From positions 109,993 to 173,992 of the forward strand of contig CAVWVQ010000004.1 in NCBI GenBank assembly GCA_963758525.1: a stretch of 64,000 bases of DNA, written 5' to 3'. Of the stretch, positions 61,959-64,000 are shown piece after piece. Below the pieces are notes generated by a model. It saw nothing but the letters and a program-made list of their open reading frames with translations. It was not told the DNA's origin and did no database searches. This stretch comes from an uncultured Phycisphaerales bacterium (lineage in GTDB: Bacteria; Planctomycetota; Phycisphaerae; Tepidisphaerales; Tepidisphaeraceae). Position 1 is the first letter of the stretch. Each line of letters begins with the position of its first letter. Made by a program: the position numbers and the translations under genes.

Positions 61959-63997
61959 CCCAAGTTACGCAGTAAACCGCGTTTTTGAAATGCGACGGCG
62001 GTTTTCGAACACTTTTTTTCACTACATCGCGCAGACTTCGGCGACGGACGCCGGGAGTTCAAGCCGTTCACGCCGCAGATGATTCGGCAGTTCAATGCCC
62101 AGCCGGTTGAGCAGCACCGCCGTGTGCTCGTCGGGCTGAGTGACGCATCGGATCAACAGGCTTTGTCCGGCCGAGCCGTCGGCGGCGCGCGTCGTGAGCA
62201 GCACGTCGCCGCTCTTCACGGCGGCCATCTCTTCCAACAGTTCGCGCGGCGAATCACCCAGGCCGCTGGCCTTCATCCAGCCGCCCAGCGTCTTCCACAT
62301 CGCGTAGGCGATGAAGCAGACCAGGATGTGGGCCTGCACGCGTTCTTGGTGTTGATGCCAGATCGGACGCAGTTCCAATTCGTCTTTGGTAATTCGAAAC
62401 GCCCACTCGGCATCAACCAGTTGAATGTACTGCTGCCACAGTTGGACCGGGTCGGCTTGCGGCATGTTCGTGCGGAGCAGATAGCAGCCGCACAGGTCGC
62501 GCTTCGCCTGCTCGTCGCGGGTCCAGGTGATCGAGAGCTTGCCGTCGCTCTCGGCGATCTTCACGTCGAAGCAGGCGCCCGCCCGCCAGTTCTTTTCCCG
62601 CAGGCGACCCAGTCGCTCGTGAGCGGCCGATGCATCCTTGAGCCGGCCGCTGGCAGCCGACTTGCTCATCGCCGTCAGTGCTTCTTCCATGCGTTTGATG
62701 AAGCGGTCGAGCATCGCTGATTCCTTGTTCACCCGATCTTCGCTGCGGCAGAGCACCAGCGTCTCGCTGGCATCGACCTTGTCTGAATCCTCGCAGCGCA
62801 CGACCTTCACCGCGATTCCCTCACGCACCTGCTTCCAACCCTCTGCGCTGAGTTCGCCCTGCACCTGCCGCAGCATCGCCTTGGGCGTGCCGACGATGTA
62901 CTGGCCGCCGCGCTCGCGGATGAACGAGAGATTGGCCTGCGAGACGTTGCCCCGGTCCATCACCCAGATCCGCTGCGATTTGCCGTGCTCGCTCTCGACC
63001 TTTTCCACGACCTGCTGCACGGTGGTGGAATCGGCGGTGTTCCCGTCGAACACCTCGTAGCCCAGCGGATACCCATCGGTCGTGACGATCAGGGCGATCA
63101 CCACCTGCGGGCAGTCGGGCCGGCTGTCACGCGAGTAGCCCCGCCTGGCCATCGGATTGGCGGCACAAGAACCCTCGAAGTATGTGCTGGTCAGATCGTA
63201 CAGCAGGATGTCGAACGAGAGATCGAACAGCTGTCCCATGCGTTGCCGCAGGTGTTGCTCGACCGCCTTCTTCTGCTTGAGCAGATGATCCAGTCCCCGG
63301 TAGAGCCGGTCGGTCTGCACCTGCGCCGCCGTCACGTCCAGCAGATCGGCCAAGGCCGACTTGGGATAAAAGTGCCGCTCGATGTACAGCTCGCTGGAGG
63401 GATAACAGAATCTTGCGATACAGAGGATCGACGCCGTCACGCTCCACGGCACCTCTTCCAGCCCGCGCGGCATCAGGCCGCGGAGCAGCCGGTCCAGCCC
63501 GAGCATCCGCCACAATACCCACGCGAGATAGACCTGCCCGAACTCCCGAACATTCTGCAGGCGGATGTTCTTCAATTCGACGCAGGCAACCTCGTCAAAG
63601 CTCTCGTCGATCGGCGGATCAAACAGTCCCGGCCCCGGGAGTGCCCTGCCCTCCACCCGCCCGGCAAGCTTCTGCCATCCACTGACTTCCCTGGCCGACA
63701 GCTTACCGAGATAAGCAACCACCCGGTGCCGCGACCCCCTGGCGGTGCGACAGCTCTCCAGCAGCACCCAGTACTCCTGGCGGCGTCCCTTGCCCCGTGG
63801 TCGGATCCTGCGAAGAAACATGGCGACTCCTTTGCCGACGCGACAAGAAATACCGCGTTTTCGGTGGAGTTCAAGCAGTGCTCTTTTTCACTACACACGT
63901 ATTTTACGTGCGGATCATTCCGAGCGCATCGGCGGCGCGCAGCGACGGTCGCCACCCGGAAATTTAAATCGTCAAGGGATTCGATGCGTAACTTGGG
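61959..63997 (-). mobile_element. IS1634-family insertion sequence
   Basis: Perfect 13-nt TIRs CCCAAGTTACGCA (61959-61971) and TGCGTAACTTGGG (63985-63997). Left flank TTAG; right flank TTA at the window end. Confidence 0.9.
62022..63821 (-). CDS. IS1634-family DDE transposase
   Basis: LLYDLTSTYFEG, RGYSRD.RPDC.QV, VFDGNTAD, VMDRG, AEWAFRITK.EL.LRPIWHQ..RVQAHILVCFIAY. Confidence 0.95.
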   Translation of the reverse strand: MFLRRIRPRGKGRRQEYWVLLESCRTARGSRHRVVAYLGKLSAREVSGWQKLAGRVEGRALPGPGLFDPPIDESFDEVACVELKNIRLQNVREFGQVYLAWVLWRMLGLDRLLRGLMPRGLEEVPWSVTASILCIARFCYPSSELYIERHFYPKSALADLLDVTAAQVQTDRLYRGLDHLLKQKKAVEQHLRQRMGQLFDLSFDILLYDLTSTYFEGSCAANPMARRGYSRDSRPDCPQVVIALIVTTDGYPLGYEVFDGNTADSTTVQQVVEKVESEHGKSQRIWVMDRGNVSQANLSFIRERGGQYIVGTPKAMLRQVQGELSAEGWKQVREGIAVKVVRCEDSDKVDASETLVLCRSEDRVNKESAMLDRFIKRMEEALTAMSKSAASGRLKDASAAHERLGRLREKNWRAGACFDVKIAESDGKLSITWTRDEQAKRDLCGCYLLRTNMPQADPVQLWQQYIQLVDAEWAFRITKDELELRPIWHQHQERVQAHILVCFIAYAMWKTLGGWMKASGLGDSPRELLEEMAAVKSGDVLLTTRAADGSAGQSLLIRCVTQPDEHTAVLLNRLGIELPNHLRRERLELPASVAEVCAM

Positions 63998-64000
63998 TTA

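Overview
GC-rich bacterial chromosomal window. It is very probably Planctomycetota (DUF1549/DUF1553 protein and PQQ-type beta-propeller; Phycisphaerae/Tepidisphaerales is a guess). About 50 genes are present: housekeeping (mgtE, tyrS, trpC, maf, GTP-PEPCK, hemW), a complete beta-oxidation operon, lutABC, a PHP-phosphoesterase/GT4 fusion plus MGDG-synthase-like glycolipid locus, an AttEFGH-like ABC/lipocalin cluster, a TolC + multicopper oxidase pair, three toxin-antitoxin-like modules (two toxins broken and largely missing from the ORF track), orphan pilM and oppA, and a complete IS1634-family element at the right edge. The most striking unexplained structure is a dense set of at least 8 families of short palindromic REP/MITE-like repeats. 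These nest inside one another, sit exactly on stop codons, and are read in frame inside proteins, most clearly as a three-layer 144-nt insert in fadJ. Several genes have a -10 box 5-8 nt before the start codon, suggesting leaderless mRNAs. About 11 small frameshifts in otherwise intact genes suggest long-read indel errors, so most split genes are not called pseudogenes. No rRNA, tRNA or CRISPR array was recognised. All calls come from reading motifs by eye; no database searches were run.
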